Source of the DNA: Reclinomonas americana ATCC 50394
Taxonomy: Eukaryota
Assembly (NCBI GenBank): GCA_048213135.1
Contig: PS015301.1
Location: 1 to 44,609 of the forward strand
DNA length: 44,609 bases
Direction: 5' to 3'
Position 1 is the first letter of the stretch; every line of letters starts with the position of its first letter. The notes under the pieces were generated by a model that had not been told where the DNA came from, did not search any database, and worked only from the letters and a program-made list of their open reading frames with translations. Both the position numbers and the translations under genes were made by a program. Of the stretch, positions 22,501-35,609 are shown in pieces.

Positions 22501-25500
22501 TTGTGTAAGCACAAGGGCAAGAGGCATGCATGGGCGTGCAAACGCACACACTACGTACCCACGCAGTTTTTCCACGGCCGGATTCTTGTACAGAGAGGCA
22601 ACGAACGGCAGCACACACTTGAAAATGTATGTCCTGTATGTTTCTCGTTCCTTTCGTCGTTGCTTGATCTGCAAGCGTGACAATGAGCATGTAACGAAGC
22701 TGCGCACACTTTCGTCATTGTCAAACGTACCATCTCGTCAGTGCCCATGGTGGACCGACGCGAGACCAGCGGAGCCATGCTGACCTGGCGTCTGGTGACC
22801 TTGCCGCCAACTCCGCCGTCGTTGGTCGCCGACCAGCAGTCCAACGATGACGATGTAGACGTGCGGCGAACCACTGGTGGTGGACTCATGACTGCTCCAG
22901 GCATGGTGGCCGTGTAAATCGAGCTCGAGTTCTGTCTGGCCAGCGGCAGTCCACGGCGCGATGTCTCGCTCCGCGGTAGTCCCGACGGTGGTGGCATAGG
23001 CCCTCGTGCTCCTGTCAAAGCACCGTTGTCGCGTTCCACTGGCGAGAAGACGTTGATCACGTCGCTTGCCACTCGCGCTACGGGCGGCAATGCCGGAACG
23101 ACCACGCCAGCTGGCGGTCCGTGGTTCAAATGTGACGACTGTGCCTGACTGTTGCCGTTCCACACCTGGCGAATACCCTGCAACTCCATGACAGTAGTCC
23201 TCTTTGCCAGATGCGGACGACCGCCAAAGCCCTGCACACGAGTGGCAGCGGCGGCGCTAGCCACGTTCTCGTCGTCTGTATCGCCATCTTCTCCGTCGTC
23301 ACTGCCGGTCGCTCCTGGAACATTGCCATGATCGCCAACCGCCACCAAACTCGAATCCGAATCTGCGCAAGACAAAAAGGGGACATGCGCATGGCGGTGA
23401 GACAATGGCGAAACAAGCAGCAAACACATTGTGTCTCAATAGGCCCTAATGTCGTACCGTCGTCGTCTCCACCACCAGCGGCCTCCTCCAGGGCATTCAA
23501 CACTGCCAGCCGAGTAGACCCAACGGAGGACATGGCATCGTCGGCCCCGGCACCACCGCTCTTGAGTGCTGGCGAGGCTTGTCGCGGGAACTCGCGATCA
23601 GCGGCGCCAAACTGCAGCGAGTGCCGGTGGTGCTGCAGTCGCAGAATAGTGGTGCGTCGCCGCTCCAGCTCTTCGTCTACCACAGTCGATTGCACGGGTG
23701 CCACCAGCGTCAGTGGCTCCGCACTCGGCACTGCCGTCTCGTCATCATTGTCGTGAGTGACGCCATCGTCACCGGCATCAGCTTCTTCCGTCAAGCGTCG
23801 TGCCTCTGCCTCCTGCAGCCGTTGCTGCTCCTCCTCCTGTCGGTGTTGTGCCTCGGCCAGGTAACGCTCCAGCTCCACGAGACGTGCCATCTCGCCCACG
23901 ATGCTGCGCAGCAGCAGTCGGATACGCGGCACTTCGTGAATCAGCGACGTCGACTGCTCCGTGTTCATGTACACCTCCAGCAGGAAGTCGAGAAGCGGGC
24001 CCTTGACTTCCAGCACAATGTGCGGGTCGTCCAGGAGATGACGAAAGACCTCTTGTGGCGGGAACCATGCCTGGCACTTGAGCTCCGTCTACAGGGGTGA
24101 TCAGCGAGTGAGTTGGCACGCTGCACAGGCGCAGAGAGGGAGGGAGAAGGAGGAAAGAGTGAAGAACGCAACATAGTAGTTCTTGCCCTTGGAGCAGAGA
24201 GTGAGGACATTGAGAAGTGCAATGTGGTATGCCAGTAGGCCGTCGTCCGGATGAGTCTCGTGGTCTCTGTCGCGCATCAGTTCCGACCTGCCAGTTGCGC
24301 AGGAGATTAGTGTCTTGAAGGAGAACAGTTCGCACACACCTGCAGGTGACAAGAACACACCGCAATGCAAAGCCATCGTCGCCGCGGAAGAGAACAAGGG
24401 CTCGACTTTCGCGCTCCGCGAGGGCGCGGAGGACCAAGTTTTGGTTGCGCTGGATCGGTTGGCTGCCGACACTGAGAATGCACTGTGTGGTACACGCAGA
24501 TGTGAGCACGCCCNNNNNNNNNNNNNNNNNNNNNNNNNNNNNNNNNNNNNNNNNNNNNNNNNNNNNNAGTGTGCGACAGTGTGAGTTCTCTGCACACACA
24601 CCTTCAAAAAAGTTCAGGTAGCGTGGATATCTGCCGTACTCGACAATCAGGCGGATAAAGTGACGAATGTGATCCTGCGTTTTGATTCAGGTGCAAGTGA
24701 GTCTTACTGCTGCGCAAATGGTGTACGAAATCCACTTTCTATACCTCACTCAATGACAAGCACCTGCCGAGAGAAGACACCATGAATGTGTCAGTCAAGC
24801 GATCTGGCTTGGAGACGTGCACTGCGAACAATGTACGCAACATGATTCGGTTCTCGAGCACGACCAGCTCGACGAGTTTCGCCACCGTCAGCTTGGTGCC
24901 CATCTGGCAGAGGAACAACTCAAAGTGTCGCAGAGCCTCGCGCTGATTCTCGGCATTGTCTTGCACCCACAAAATCAGNNNNNNNNNNNNNNNNNNNNTA
25001 GCTCGTAGATGCTGAGCATGAGGTTTTGCTCCTCCTCTGCCGACTCGTCGTCCGTCAGTGGCATCTGCAGGAACGAAACCAAAAGGTCGAGAGTGCCAAG
25101 GTCGCGCAGCAGATTCTGCTTCTGGCGTCGGTCGCCGCCCTGTTGCAGCTCTGCAAAGACGGAGGGTGATCAGTGGTGGGCACGCGTGCAGACAGCAGAG
25201 CGGGCACGTACCGAGAATGAGATCGCGAACCAAACAGTTGGCCTCCTGCTCCTCGCCGAGTGTCAACACGCTGCCACCGGCATAACACGAGAGTTCGTCG
25301 ACGATGCGTTTGAGCGAGCGATACAGCACAATGCTCCGCTCGGTGAGGATGTGAATGGCCTTGGCGCGCGTCAACAGCTCCTCCATCTGCCCGTGTGAAC
25401 GGAACAGCAAGTCGAAGGCAGCCGTGCGAAGTGGCGTGTATCGGTACTGACACAGGTCGAGGAACATGGCGTCGAGCTCGGCGTGGGGCACGAAAAAGTC

Positions 25501-28500
25501 GTGTTGCTGAAACGAGGGGATGAGAGATCGGAACAAAAATACAGACACCCACATGTGCATGTGCAGCAGACACACGCACCTTGAGCAGAAACTGCAACTG
25601 CGCTTCCAAGTCGATTGTCCGACCGGCTTTGAATAGAGCCAAGAAGTGGGTGATGCGCGAGTTGAGCCGCACATCGTACAGCGATGACAGAATACGGACG
25701 GCCTCCAGTTTGCAGTTCTACAGCACAAGGTGATGCTGTGAGATGAAGGACAGTGGAAGGTGTGCGGCATCCACCACGCGCGCACATACCATGATGAGCA
25801 AGTTGTTCTCCGTTTCTGAGAAGCGCGCGCTAAAGTTGCTCTCGCGCGAGTAATCATCGAAACGGCCGTCCATGACACCAACAATGCTGCGTGCAACTGC
25901 GCCCGCCACTTGCAGGTTGCGCAGCAGGCCTTGACGCACCATGACTCCCAGAATCTTCAGCAGCTGTTGTCGCATTGGATGTGTGTGTGTGTGAGACGCT
26001 ATCGCGAGTGGCGCCACCGCTGTTGTCTGCCACGCAACTGTTAATGAAAACGCATTCTCTTCGACTTGATGCAGCCGCTGCGGTGAGCTCTGCAGAATGT
26101 GCTGCAGCGAAAAGTCGATCAAGCGCGCAAGACTGCGAACAGCCTCATGGCGACCGGCTCCAGACAGCGACTGCAGTGATACACCTTGGTCCTCTTGTAG
26201 CCGCAGGCCCTGCACTGCTGCGTGAGACAAGCAGTAGGGACTCAACTCACTAAAACGTGTACGCGCACTTACCTCATCGACCGCCTCTGTCATGTTGTCA
26301 ATCCTCGTGGAGAGCGAAACAACACTGCTGGGAGCGGTCAATCGAGGACGCGCTGGTGCCACTAGCTGGGTATTGCGAGCACGGCTGGCTCGCATATCGC
26401 CCTCCTGTATTTGAATGTCGCCAGTGGTGGTATGGTCGACCTCGTGCCATATCTGCGAAGTGGCCTGTGAGCCAAGCGAACGGGCGCGATCACCCGAGAT
26501 GAGACGCGAGCATACCCTGACTGGCTCCACCAGCGGCATGTCTTCCAGGGCGCCCAGATGGACAATGTGCATCAGTGTTGCAAAGCGTGTGCGAAGGCGG
26601 AGATGCACTTGGGGGTTCGACAGCACGTCAAACACGAGCGAGAATGGCAGAATCTCCGAAATGTGTGACACACACGGTCGCGGCCGATTCTGTGCGACAC
26701 AACAAGAAGGCACGCAAGTGGTCAGCCTTTCGTCTGTTCACAAAACTCTTGCCGCCAGCAGCCATCATTCGTACCACACAGAGTAAGCCGTACAGGCGGA
26801 TCTGTTCCAAAAAGTATTCCACCAACTCGCTCTCGCCATCTGCGCGAAAGAGGGAGGGAGTGAGGCAACGTGCATGCAGGAGGAGGCAGAAGAAATGTTT
26901 TAGTGTTCGCACAATGCAAAAAGTCGGCCAATGGTAGCCGGCGTGCCTGCCCTTCATGATCGTACTCCACGTAGAGACCCTTGTCGGGTAGCCGACGAAC
27001 GTGCACCTGGACTCGCGGCATGGCCTTGACAAAGTGCTCGAGGATGAACAACTGCGACGGGCAAGGTGCGTTGTTGAGTGGAATACCGTCGCCAGCTGAC
27101 AATGTGACAGCAATAACCTGATTCTTTGTCACTCCACTGACGTCCTCGCATACACACAGAGTGCACAACAGGCTCATGTATCTGTTTCGGAAGCGACAAT
27201 GAGGATGTGTGCCGTCGTGCAGAGCACGAACACTCACACCACATACCTGGCCTTTCGGCCGCACAGCAGTGGGAGGTCAACAAAGAACTGCAGTTCTTGA
27301 TTGGTCTGTGACAGTGAAAAGTGAAAAGTGAGACGCGAGAGGTGAGAGGGAACTTTTCGGAAGCAAGCACGTTGTTACCATTTCTTCGAGAAGCGTGAGG
27401 TTGTCCTTGTAGATCTCCATCAGCTGTAGAATGAACGCTGTCAGCAACGTACGTGGAATGTTGCACTGGTGATGCCGCTCACCGTCAACGCAATCTCCTC
27501 CTCGTAGCCGAGCTGGTCTTGCATGAACTGTAATGACATTCATGATCAGTGGTTGTGACGGACCTAGTTGTTGCTGACAAGCGCACACACCTTGGCCATT
27601 GGACGGAGGTGTTCCCGATTCTTCCGATAGTCCTTGGCAAACTGCTTCATGAGGCGGTACACCAGTCGCACAACATCGTGTACGTGTCGACTGCGAGAGT
27701 CGTCCATCGCGTACGATTCGTTGCGGAAGATGGCCACAAGCACGCGATGACAGAGTAGGATGACCTGCCATGTTCACAAACAAAATCCGCGTTGACAAAG
27801 ATGATAGGGGGGGACACAAGCCTGTCGCTACGGCCAGCACACACCTTGCGTTCACGCAGTAGCTTTTGGTGCGCGCGAATCGGTAGACCCTCGCGTGTGA
27901 ACGGGTTGGTGTCGGTGGACTCGGTGCAGAAGAGAATGAGCAGAGTGAGGACTTGACGGACCGGCTGCGTCTGCTCGCGAGACGGCAGACCAGGTTGTTG
28001 CATCTGCACACGCACGCGCAAAGGGTGAATAGGGGGAGCGAAACATGAGCGCCCCTCCGATGAGTGACACGAACCAGGACAATGAAATCACTGAGCGGCC
28101 GCGACAGCATCACCACCAGGCTGAGGTCGGCCACCACGTCAGGCGGAACTCCGACCAGAGCAAACGCGTCCTCGTCCATCGGCAGCGCCGACAGCGACAA
28201 CTGGACTTGTCCGCCACCGTACTTGATGAAACTACCGACGCCCTGATGAACCAGCGGCGGTGGTTGGTTGGCCTGCTGAGGTCGGCTGCGTGGAGTCCAC
28301 GTCGATGCAAACTTCATCTTGCGCTTTCGTTCGTCCAGGGTGAGGAGGAAACCGCGAGTCTCACGGTGCCGGATGCGGACGAAATCATCAATGTTGATGA
28401 TACCATCGCCTTGGTACACCGGCGCAAAATCTGGACGCAAAACAGCACTGTGTGAGCTCGCTCGGTAGCTGGTGACGGTCACCGACCGCATCTCCGCTTA

Positions 28501-31500
28501 ACTGAAGACACAGGAGGGGTCGTCGCGATTGGCCGTAAGCAGCACGGCGTGTGTCCGACCAGCAGCATCTGCGCACGCGCACGTAAAAAACAATACAACC
28601 GACCAAGTTGGTTGAAATGATGGATAGTACCTCGCAGGATGGCATTCAAATGGTTGTTGGCGGTCTCTGGGGCCTCGGAGATCATCGACCCATCAAGCCC
28701 GCGCGGGGTGAGCTCCGATCGTTTCCGTTGCTGCGAGGCATTATTAGTGGTGACCAGCACGTTACTGGGCGCGACGCACGACTCACCCGACTGAGAGCGC
28801 CGGGAGGCAATGTCGAGTCGGATGGGTTCGCTACGCTCTGACGGTGACCTGCACTGCGGTCCTTCTCTGCTTTGACTGACAGGTACAGTCCCGAGGCCAT
28901 GTGTCGCAGCAGGAATGAGCTGTCCCACGTCGCGATACCACCTGCAAAGACAACAACGATTCAGCAGCATGAATCAGCAACATCAGTCATGTGTGTAGAC
29001 CTGTCATGGGGTCCTCGAACTCCAGTTGAAACATCAGATTGGAGCTCATGTGCGACGCCTTGCTGTTGCTTGTCGACTGCGATGAGGTGCGCTCGTCCGC
29101 GCCGTTGCCACCGCCGCTACCACAGCCAGTGACCTTGACAAATACTCGACTGTGCTCGGTGCCGGAACCACACAGGTAGCCACCCAGCTCCTTGTGAAAC
29201 AAGTACATGACACTGCCGGATTTCAACTGCGAGATGGAGCAGGGAGAGTTTAGCGGGAGTACGCAGTGAAAAAGAGAGATATAGCCAACGNNNNNNNNNN
29301 NNNNNNNNNNNNNNNNNNNNNNNNNNNNNNNNNNNNNNNNNNNNNNNNNNNNNNNNNNNNNNNNNNNNNNNNNNNNNNNNNNNNNNNNNNNNNNNNNNNN
29401 NNNNNNNNNNNNNNNNNNNNNNNNNNNNNNNNNNNNNNNNNNNNNTAACGAAATGCACATTCGCCTGTGGTGGAGTGTACGGCTCATACAGCAGCAGGCG
29501 CCACTTGACCGAGTTTGGTGACGCATTCACCTCCCACGTCTGCATAAAAAAAAAAGAGAGAAAGAGAGTGAGAAAATTGAGTGAGTGAGCAGCTCCAAAA
29601 AACACAGCAGCGAGTGCACTCTTACCTTGCTGGCCAGCTCTCGCAGTAGCTCGTAACGTGCATTTTCTTGCGCCATGAGAAGCGTAGAAAATGCCACCGA
29701 TCCCCCTGCCGTTGTGTCCTGGTGACTGACTGCCATGGCCGAATCGTCGTCGCTGTTCGGCGACGGCCCCGGCTGCGGCTGGAGAAAGAACTTGGCACTC
29801 AGCAGTTGTACCTGATCGCGAATGTGAATCCACTCGCCCTCGTTCACGAGTTTGGTGCCCGGCTTGATGTAGAACGTGGCACCAGAGCACGACTCGGGCA
29901 CAATTCCCAGGCGACTGCATCGCGGATCGCGCACCGACACCTGAATGAACAACGGCGCGTATTGGCATCAGCAGGATAAGAAGAATTAGAGAATGCAAGA
30001 AGAGTTGGATGAAAAGAACATGCGAGGTTGCAGGGAAGAAACAGAGCGGGAGATTGACAAAGAAGAGACGAAGTCCTTGAATATCAGGCAAAAGGAGGGC
30101 GAATGGAGCAACATCAGCCCTCTCTCTCCCTCTCTGCTTGTGCCGGCACTGACCTCGTGCAGCACCGTCAGGAACCCGTTCGACTTGACGTGACGCAGCT
30201 GCACGCTGGCGCCATACTTGACGAGCGAGCCCATGGAGCGACGCATTTCTGTCTCGTTTTCCCGGCGCTCCGCCTCCATTTTCATGTGCAGCGAGAGCAG
30301 TTGCGAGAGGACTGCGCCTTTTTGACTCAGTTCTTGCGGTGGCTGCGACACACAGAGGATCAGCGCATGTAGTCATCGCGTACGCAATACAGCGCCACAG
30401 TACCTGCTGGGGATTGAATGACAACAAGCCGTGCCGGTCGAGTGCCTTCTTGTACTTGTCCAACGCCTGGTGCGACTCGGCTGGCAGCACTTCAAACACG
30501 CAATCGCGAAAGTCGGCAGGTGGTGCATCCTGGGAGCCGGCCTTCAAGCACACTGTCCAGTCCACCGAGCTGTGTGCAGTCACTGGCGTGTGAGGGAAAT
30601 GCAACGCGAATCCGACACATGCAAGTGTGCGCGCTTACCCTTCTGCTGCCAGGAAGCCTTGAACTTCGTGAAAGAGCGAAATGCACGCTCCGTACGATAG
30701 CAACTGTTCCCGGCCAATGTCGCGAATCACGTCGCGCTCACGCATCGTCGCGGCANNNNNNNNNNNNNNNNNNNNTCACCGGGGAAGCCAGCCGATCCTG
30801 CGGTACCAGCAAAGCCGACAGGCGCAGCGGCAGCAATACCACTCCCGGATGCCGCACCGCCAATGCCGCCGGTGCCAAGCGCGAGCGACTGCTGCAGATT
30901 GTGGACGCTGCCTCCGTGCACCGACATGGACTCGGTGTTGTCGTGTGCCGCACCGGTAATGGCGGCCGCTGCGGCAGTGCCTTGCTGCATGCTTGCCCGA
31001 ATGTGCGGTATCATGCCCGCACCCACCGACACATGCTTGCGCAGCATGGACGGGAAGCGGTCGCTCTTCACGCCCTCCACAATGGGGCGCATCAGGATGC
31101 CGGACAGCTGCGTGACCAAGCGTTGCGTCTGTGGTGGTGTCGCCTGTGACGGCACATTCGGCGAACCGGCCCGAGAGACTGGAGCACTCTCCGACGCGAC
31201 CGGCAGGTGCTGCGANNNNNNNNNNNNNNNNNNNNNNNNNNNNNNNNNNNNNNNNNNNNNNNNNNNNNNNNNNNNNNNNNNNNNNNNNNNNNNNNNNNNN
31301 NNNNNNNNNNNNNNNNNNNNNNNNNNNNNNNNNNNNNNNNNNNCGTCTCTCTCCTCCCCAACTGCAGCAGCGGCATCGCAGCCACAGCTGCATCCGCGCC
31401 AAACAACTGCGCGTGCGCAGCATCCGTCGCAGCCGCTGACTCAAACCTCGCTGGCGTGTCACCAATCGACGGGGTCACCGAGTCGGCTGGCGCCGGCGAG

Positions 31501-32871
31501 AACATCTCAAACGTGTCGCTGCTCGCAAAGTTGACAGTGGACGAAACCGCAGATGGTCGATGAGCCAGCGGGCGCTGTGGGTAATCGTGGTACTGCTGCT
31601 GCAACGAGGAGGTGGCGGTGGACTGCTGCTGTTGATGCAAGAGTTGATGTTGATGTTGCTGTTGAGATGTGCGCATGGAGGAGAGGGATGACGCCGACTT
31701 GACCGTGTGCATCTGCGGTAGCATGTGCGCGGCAATGTCGTCGTCAAAACCACCCTCCATGGTTGCATCGGCGCTGACCGAGTGTTGCAACTCGTCGTCT
31801 CGCCGCATGTAGCCCAGCATCGATGCCGCTGCGGCGGATTCAGCGATCTCCATCGACAGCAACGGCGGTGAGGGCGAATGCCCAGGCACGTAGTACGGCT
31901 TGAGGCCGGCGGCGGTGACTGCTGGCATGGCGGCCATGGCGACCGGGTCCATTGCCGCAGACGCAGCGGCGGCCCCAGCAGCTGCGGCGGCAGACAACGA
32001 GGCAGTCGACATGGTTATCCCCGGTTGCTCAAAGAACATGGCATTCAGCAAACTGTGAGTCGAATCCGAGGCCGGAAACGGCGTGGCAGGTTCAACTTGA
32101 GTCTGTTTAGCGTGCACCAAAGAGTGAATGTCTGGAAACGATGCTCATGCCGAGACAGGGACACGAGACGCAACCGCTGTGTCGTCGTCGCTGTCGTCTT
32201 GTGCAGGCATGGGTGGCTCTGCACGGTTCCAGTTCGCGCGCAGGAAGAGCACATACGAGTTCGCATGTGCGACCTCCTCGTCAGCGGCCAGCGACGACAT
32301 TAGTGGCACAGTCGCCGAGAAGTCCTCCGCCTCCTCGGTCGTATCCGGAGGGAGCGGTATCCTGCTGGGCGACAAGACCTCCTGCGGCGCAGCAGCAGCA
32401 GTGGTGTCTAATTGATCGTCCACGGCACTTGGTGCTGGTTCTGCTAATGGCGCGGCGCCGTCGGTCCATGCAAGGGCCGGTGTCGGCCGCACAATCGGTG
32501 GCAACATGATTGTGTGTCCCGATCGCGGCACATTGAGGCCCAGCGGCGACCCGCTCAGCGAGAACACTCCAGGCGCCACAGCCGAAGGCGGCGGCGGCGG
32601 CGGTGGCGACGACCGCGATGGCGACCGTGCCTCGAGCGCACCTCTCAATTCGAACGTATTTGCCGAATGACCACCAGCCGACGTTACATCATCGTCATCT
32701 TCGTCGTTCTGATTCATCACATGGCTCGGTGCATATGGAACCCCGCGCACGGGTGAGAGGAAAGGCTCATGCTCCTCCTGGCGACGGAGGGAGAGAGAAA
32801 AGCATGCATACTCAGTCACATTGCAATATCTGGGGTCATGAGGAACCACTGACCTCTTCTTCCATCGACAT
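19541..32871 (-). CDS. ITPR: Inositol 1,4,5-trisphosphate receptor-like channel, more than 30 exons; C-terminal transmembrane/pore part not in the assembly
   Basis: IP3R motifs occur in order: LSYGACISL...GFL, PPADFRDCVF, YGASVQLRHVKS (suppressor/MIR); LRHMASGLYL; RAHQKLLRE and DYRKN (binding core); VRLNSRI; QNLLRDLG; GKNYYTELKCQ; VKGPLLDFLLEVYMNTE; LRLVQLCCEGHN and TLTDMIQGPCVENQ (RIH-associated); VEVVR...LERVFFPIPKIC. The putative start MSMEEE at 32871 is less certain. Confidence 0.92.
21048..21565 (+). CDS. ITPR: Three internal ITPR exons on a contig that appears inverted
   Basis: VVDMIATGSDELVKEGLEFGIALLEGGNVL|VQDSMLSYL... continues in phase 0 from the minus-strand exon ending QTRLSRLGAARL. 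This compares with IP3R GASNLVIDLI...AIALLEGGN..IQ. The contig is bounded by N runs on both sides. Confidence 0.88.
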
Positions 32872-33113
32872 CGTTCAAAGACCTCAATGGTGTACGCGCG
32901 CACGGACGGACGCGTGAGTGTCTGTGGGTGACGGTGCGATTGGTCCTTCTTTTCTCGTCGCAAGGTCAAAAATCAAACGTTCGAGTGCGAGCATTGTCAG
33001 ATGGAAAACGCGGGAATCGCTGTTCAAGTTCGATAAAGGTGGGGGGCCGCAGTTGTCTTCTCTCTCCACTCGCTCCCTTGTGTGGGCTCACCAGCCAGCG
33101 TGTGTGCGTGCAG

Positions 33114-35609
33114 ATGGAGGTCGACTTGGATGCTGGCGTCTCCATCATTGTTGCACAAGGTGAGATGATGGACAGCAGTGCGCACGTGTATGTGTGCATG
33201 TGCGTGTGTGCGTGTGTCTCGCTATGTATGCCTGCATGCACGAGAGAGAAGGAGGGAGGGAAGGCTGCGTGTGGGAGGCAAAGGCGTCGCACATGAGCAT
33301 TGTGCACACGCACACACCCACACACACGCTCTGTTGTCAGCGGCACTTGCAATGCATCATGTGAACGGCGAGTGCAGTGAGAGCACACACACACAATGAG
33401 AGAGACAGGCGAGTGACGAAGAGTGGGGGCGAGACAAGAAAGAGATGGCCATGGCGCGAAACGCTCACAATCTCACCATCACACAGAGGTGCTCGATGCG
33501 GTGTTGCTGATTGATCGCGGTCTGCTGGAGATGGACGTGCGACACGTGGCGCGTGCACTGCGCGCGTTGGTGTCGCTGCGCTCGCGAATGTCGGGTCTGA
33601 CTCTGCGCGAGGCCATTCAGCGTGTGGTCACACAACAGGTGTGCACGGCGAATCGCACCTCTCTCTCCCTCTCTCCCTCTCTCTCTCCTCTCTCGTCTCG
33701 TGTAATGTGACTCACTCACACCTCATATGCACTGGTCGTCAGGCGGCTCCTGTGGTCTACGATCTGGTCGATCAGTGTGTCGGCATTCTGGCCACCAAGC
33801 CGGCGGTGAGTGCCAGCGATGCCTGTCGAAGTAGGATGTGCGCTCATACGTGCGTGTTGTTAGGTGTGGGCTCCTCCGCAAACACCGTCGTCGGTTGCTG
33901 GCACGCCGCTGGCTCGCACGCCAGGCCGTGGCGACTTTTCGGCATTCAAAGACCCGAAGCCCAAGGCTCCGTCGGGTGGTGCCTCGTCGTCTGGTGCCTC
34001 GGGTTCCGCCGCCGCCGGTGACAAGAAGAAGGGCGGTGAGGACAAGGAGAAGGCGGCGGCAGAGGAGGAGGCGGAGAAGCCGGCAGTGCTCGACGCCAAG
34101 GGCAAGTTCCCGCGCCCTCGTGACCACATTGAGCCGGAGCTGGAGCTCTTCTTCCGGCTACTGGCCACTATTTTGCTGATCGACGACCAGCAGTTGCCGC
34201 AGGTGTGTGTGCATTGCGAAAGAAGGAGGAGATCAAGGGAGACATGGTGGTTGATGTTTTGTGCGTGTGTGTCAGGCATTGTTGGCTGCCGAAGACAACG
34301 TGCGGTTTGTCGCCGACCACGAGCGCCACACGATGGATCCGTTTGCGGCGCGCGCCTACTTCTACCTGTCACGGTGCCACGAGTTGCAGCACACCCTGGA
34401 CTCGATTCGCGGGTGCGTTTCTTTTCATGCACCTTGCGTTTTTCTTCGGTGGTGTGACTGACGCCGCTGCGTAGCGTGTTGCAAGTGGCTTTCCGCACGG
34501 CTTGTCTGCGACGCGACGAGTACCGCCAGACGACGTTGGCCAATCTGATCCTGCGCAACTTCCTGCACTACAACCTGTACGAGCAGGCCGACCAGTTCCA
34601 GGCTCTCTGCAAGTTCCCGTCCGACACGCGCATCCCGAACGAGCTGGCTCGCTTCCACTACTACAATGGCCGCATCAAGGCCATTCAGTTGGACTACGTC
34701 AATGCGTTTGATCACCTGGCGATTGCCATTCGCAAGGCGCCGACGCGCGCCGCGAGTGGCTTCCGCTCGCAAGTGACCAAGCTCAGCTGCGTCGTGCAAA
34801 TGTTGATGGGCGAGATCCCCGAGCGCTCCATCTTCAGACAAAAGGATCTGGCTGCTCACCTCAGGCCCTACCTGCACCTGACGCAGGTGAGTGCTTGCAT
34901 ATGTGTGTGTGTGTGTTTCTTGGCAGATTTATTTAGTTGTTCACTCGCTGGTTAGGCGGTGCGCGTTGGTGAGCTGTCGGGCTTTGCGACTGTGGTGAAA
35001 AAGTACTTTGAGCTGTTCCGGCGTGACAACACCCTGACGCTGATTCAGCGCTTGACCACCAATGTGATCAAGACCGGTCTGCGCCGCATCAACCTGGCAT
35101 ACTCGCGCATCTCACTGGAGGATGTGCGTCGCAAGCTGGCGCTGGACTCTGTCGAGGCTGCGGAGGGCATTGTCGCCAAGGTGTGCGCGGTGTGCATGAT
35201 CAGTGCTCGCTGCTCGCGTGGTGCTCATCCCCTGTTGTGTGTTTCTGCAGGCCATTGGCGACGGTGTGATCGATGCCACCATTGACCACGAGCAGGGCTG
35301 GATGCAGAGTCGCGAGATTACTGATGTGTACGTCACCGACGAGCCACACCAGGCCTTCCACAAGCGCACTCAGTACTGCCTCGACATTCACAACTCGGCC
35401 GTGAAGGTGACGCGACGTGTGTGTATCGAGTTTGCTGACTGTCGACGTTGACCTCGTCTCCCTCTGCGACTGCTGCACAGGCCATGCGCTTCCCGCCCGA
35501 CGCACACTCGAAGATCGTGGCCGACTCGGAGAGCGAACGCCGCGCCCGCGATCTGGAGGAGCAGGAGATGCTGGAGATGGACGACGAGGAGGACGACGAC
35601 CTCCCGTAA
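33114..35609 (+). CDS. RPN3: 26S proteasome lid subunit RPN3/PSMD3, 9 exons
   Basis: Encodes RHVARALRAL, RHTMDPFAARAYFY, TLANLILRNFLHYNLYEQA, NELARFHYYNGRIKAIQLDY, AIRKAP, QMLMGEIPERSIF, NVIKTGLRRINLAYSRISL, IVAKAIGDGVIDA and FHKRTQYCLDIHNSAVKAMRFP. All introns are GT-AG; TAA stop. Confidence 0.96.

Noticed and set aside
28490-28502. In-frame TAA in ITPR, suggesting TAA reassignment
   Set aside because: It is removed by a phase-compatible GTTAAG...CAG intron, and TAA is the normal stop in CK1, MCD and RPN3.
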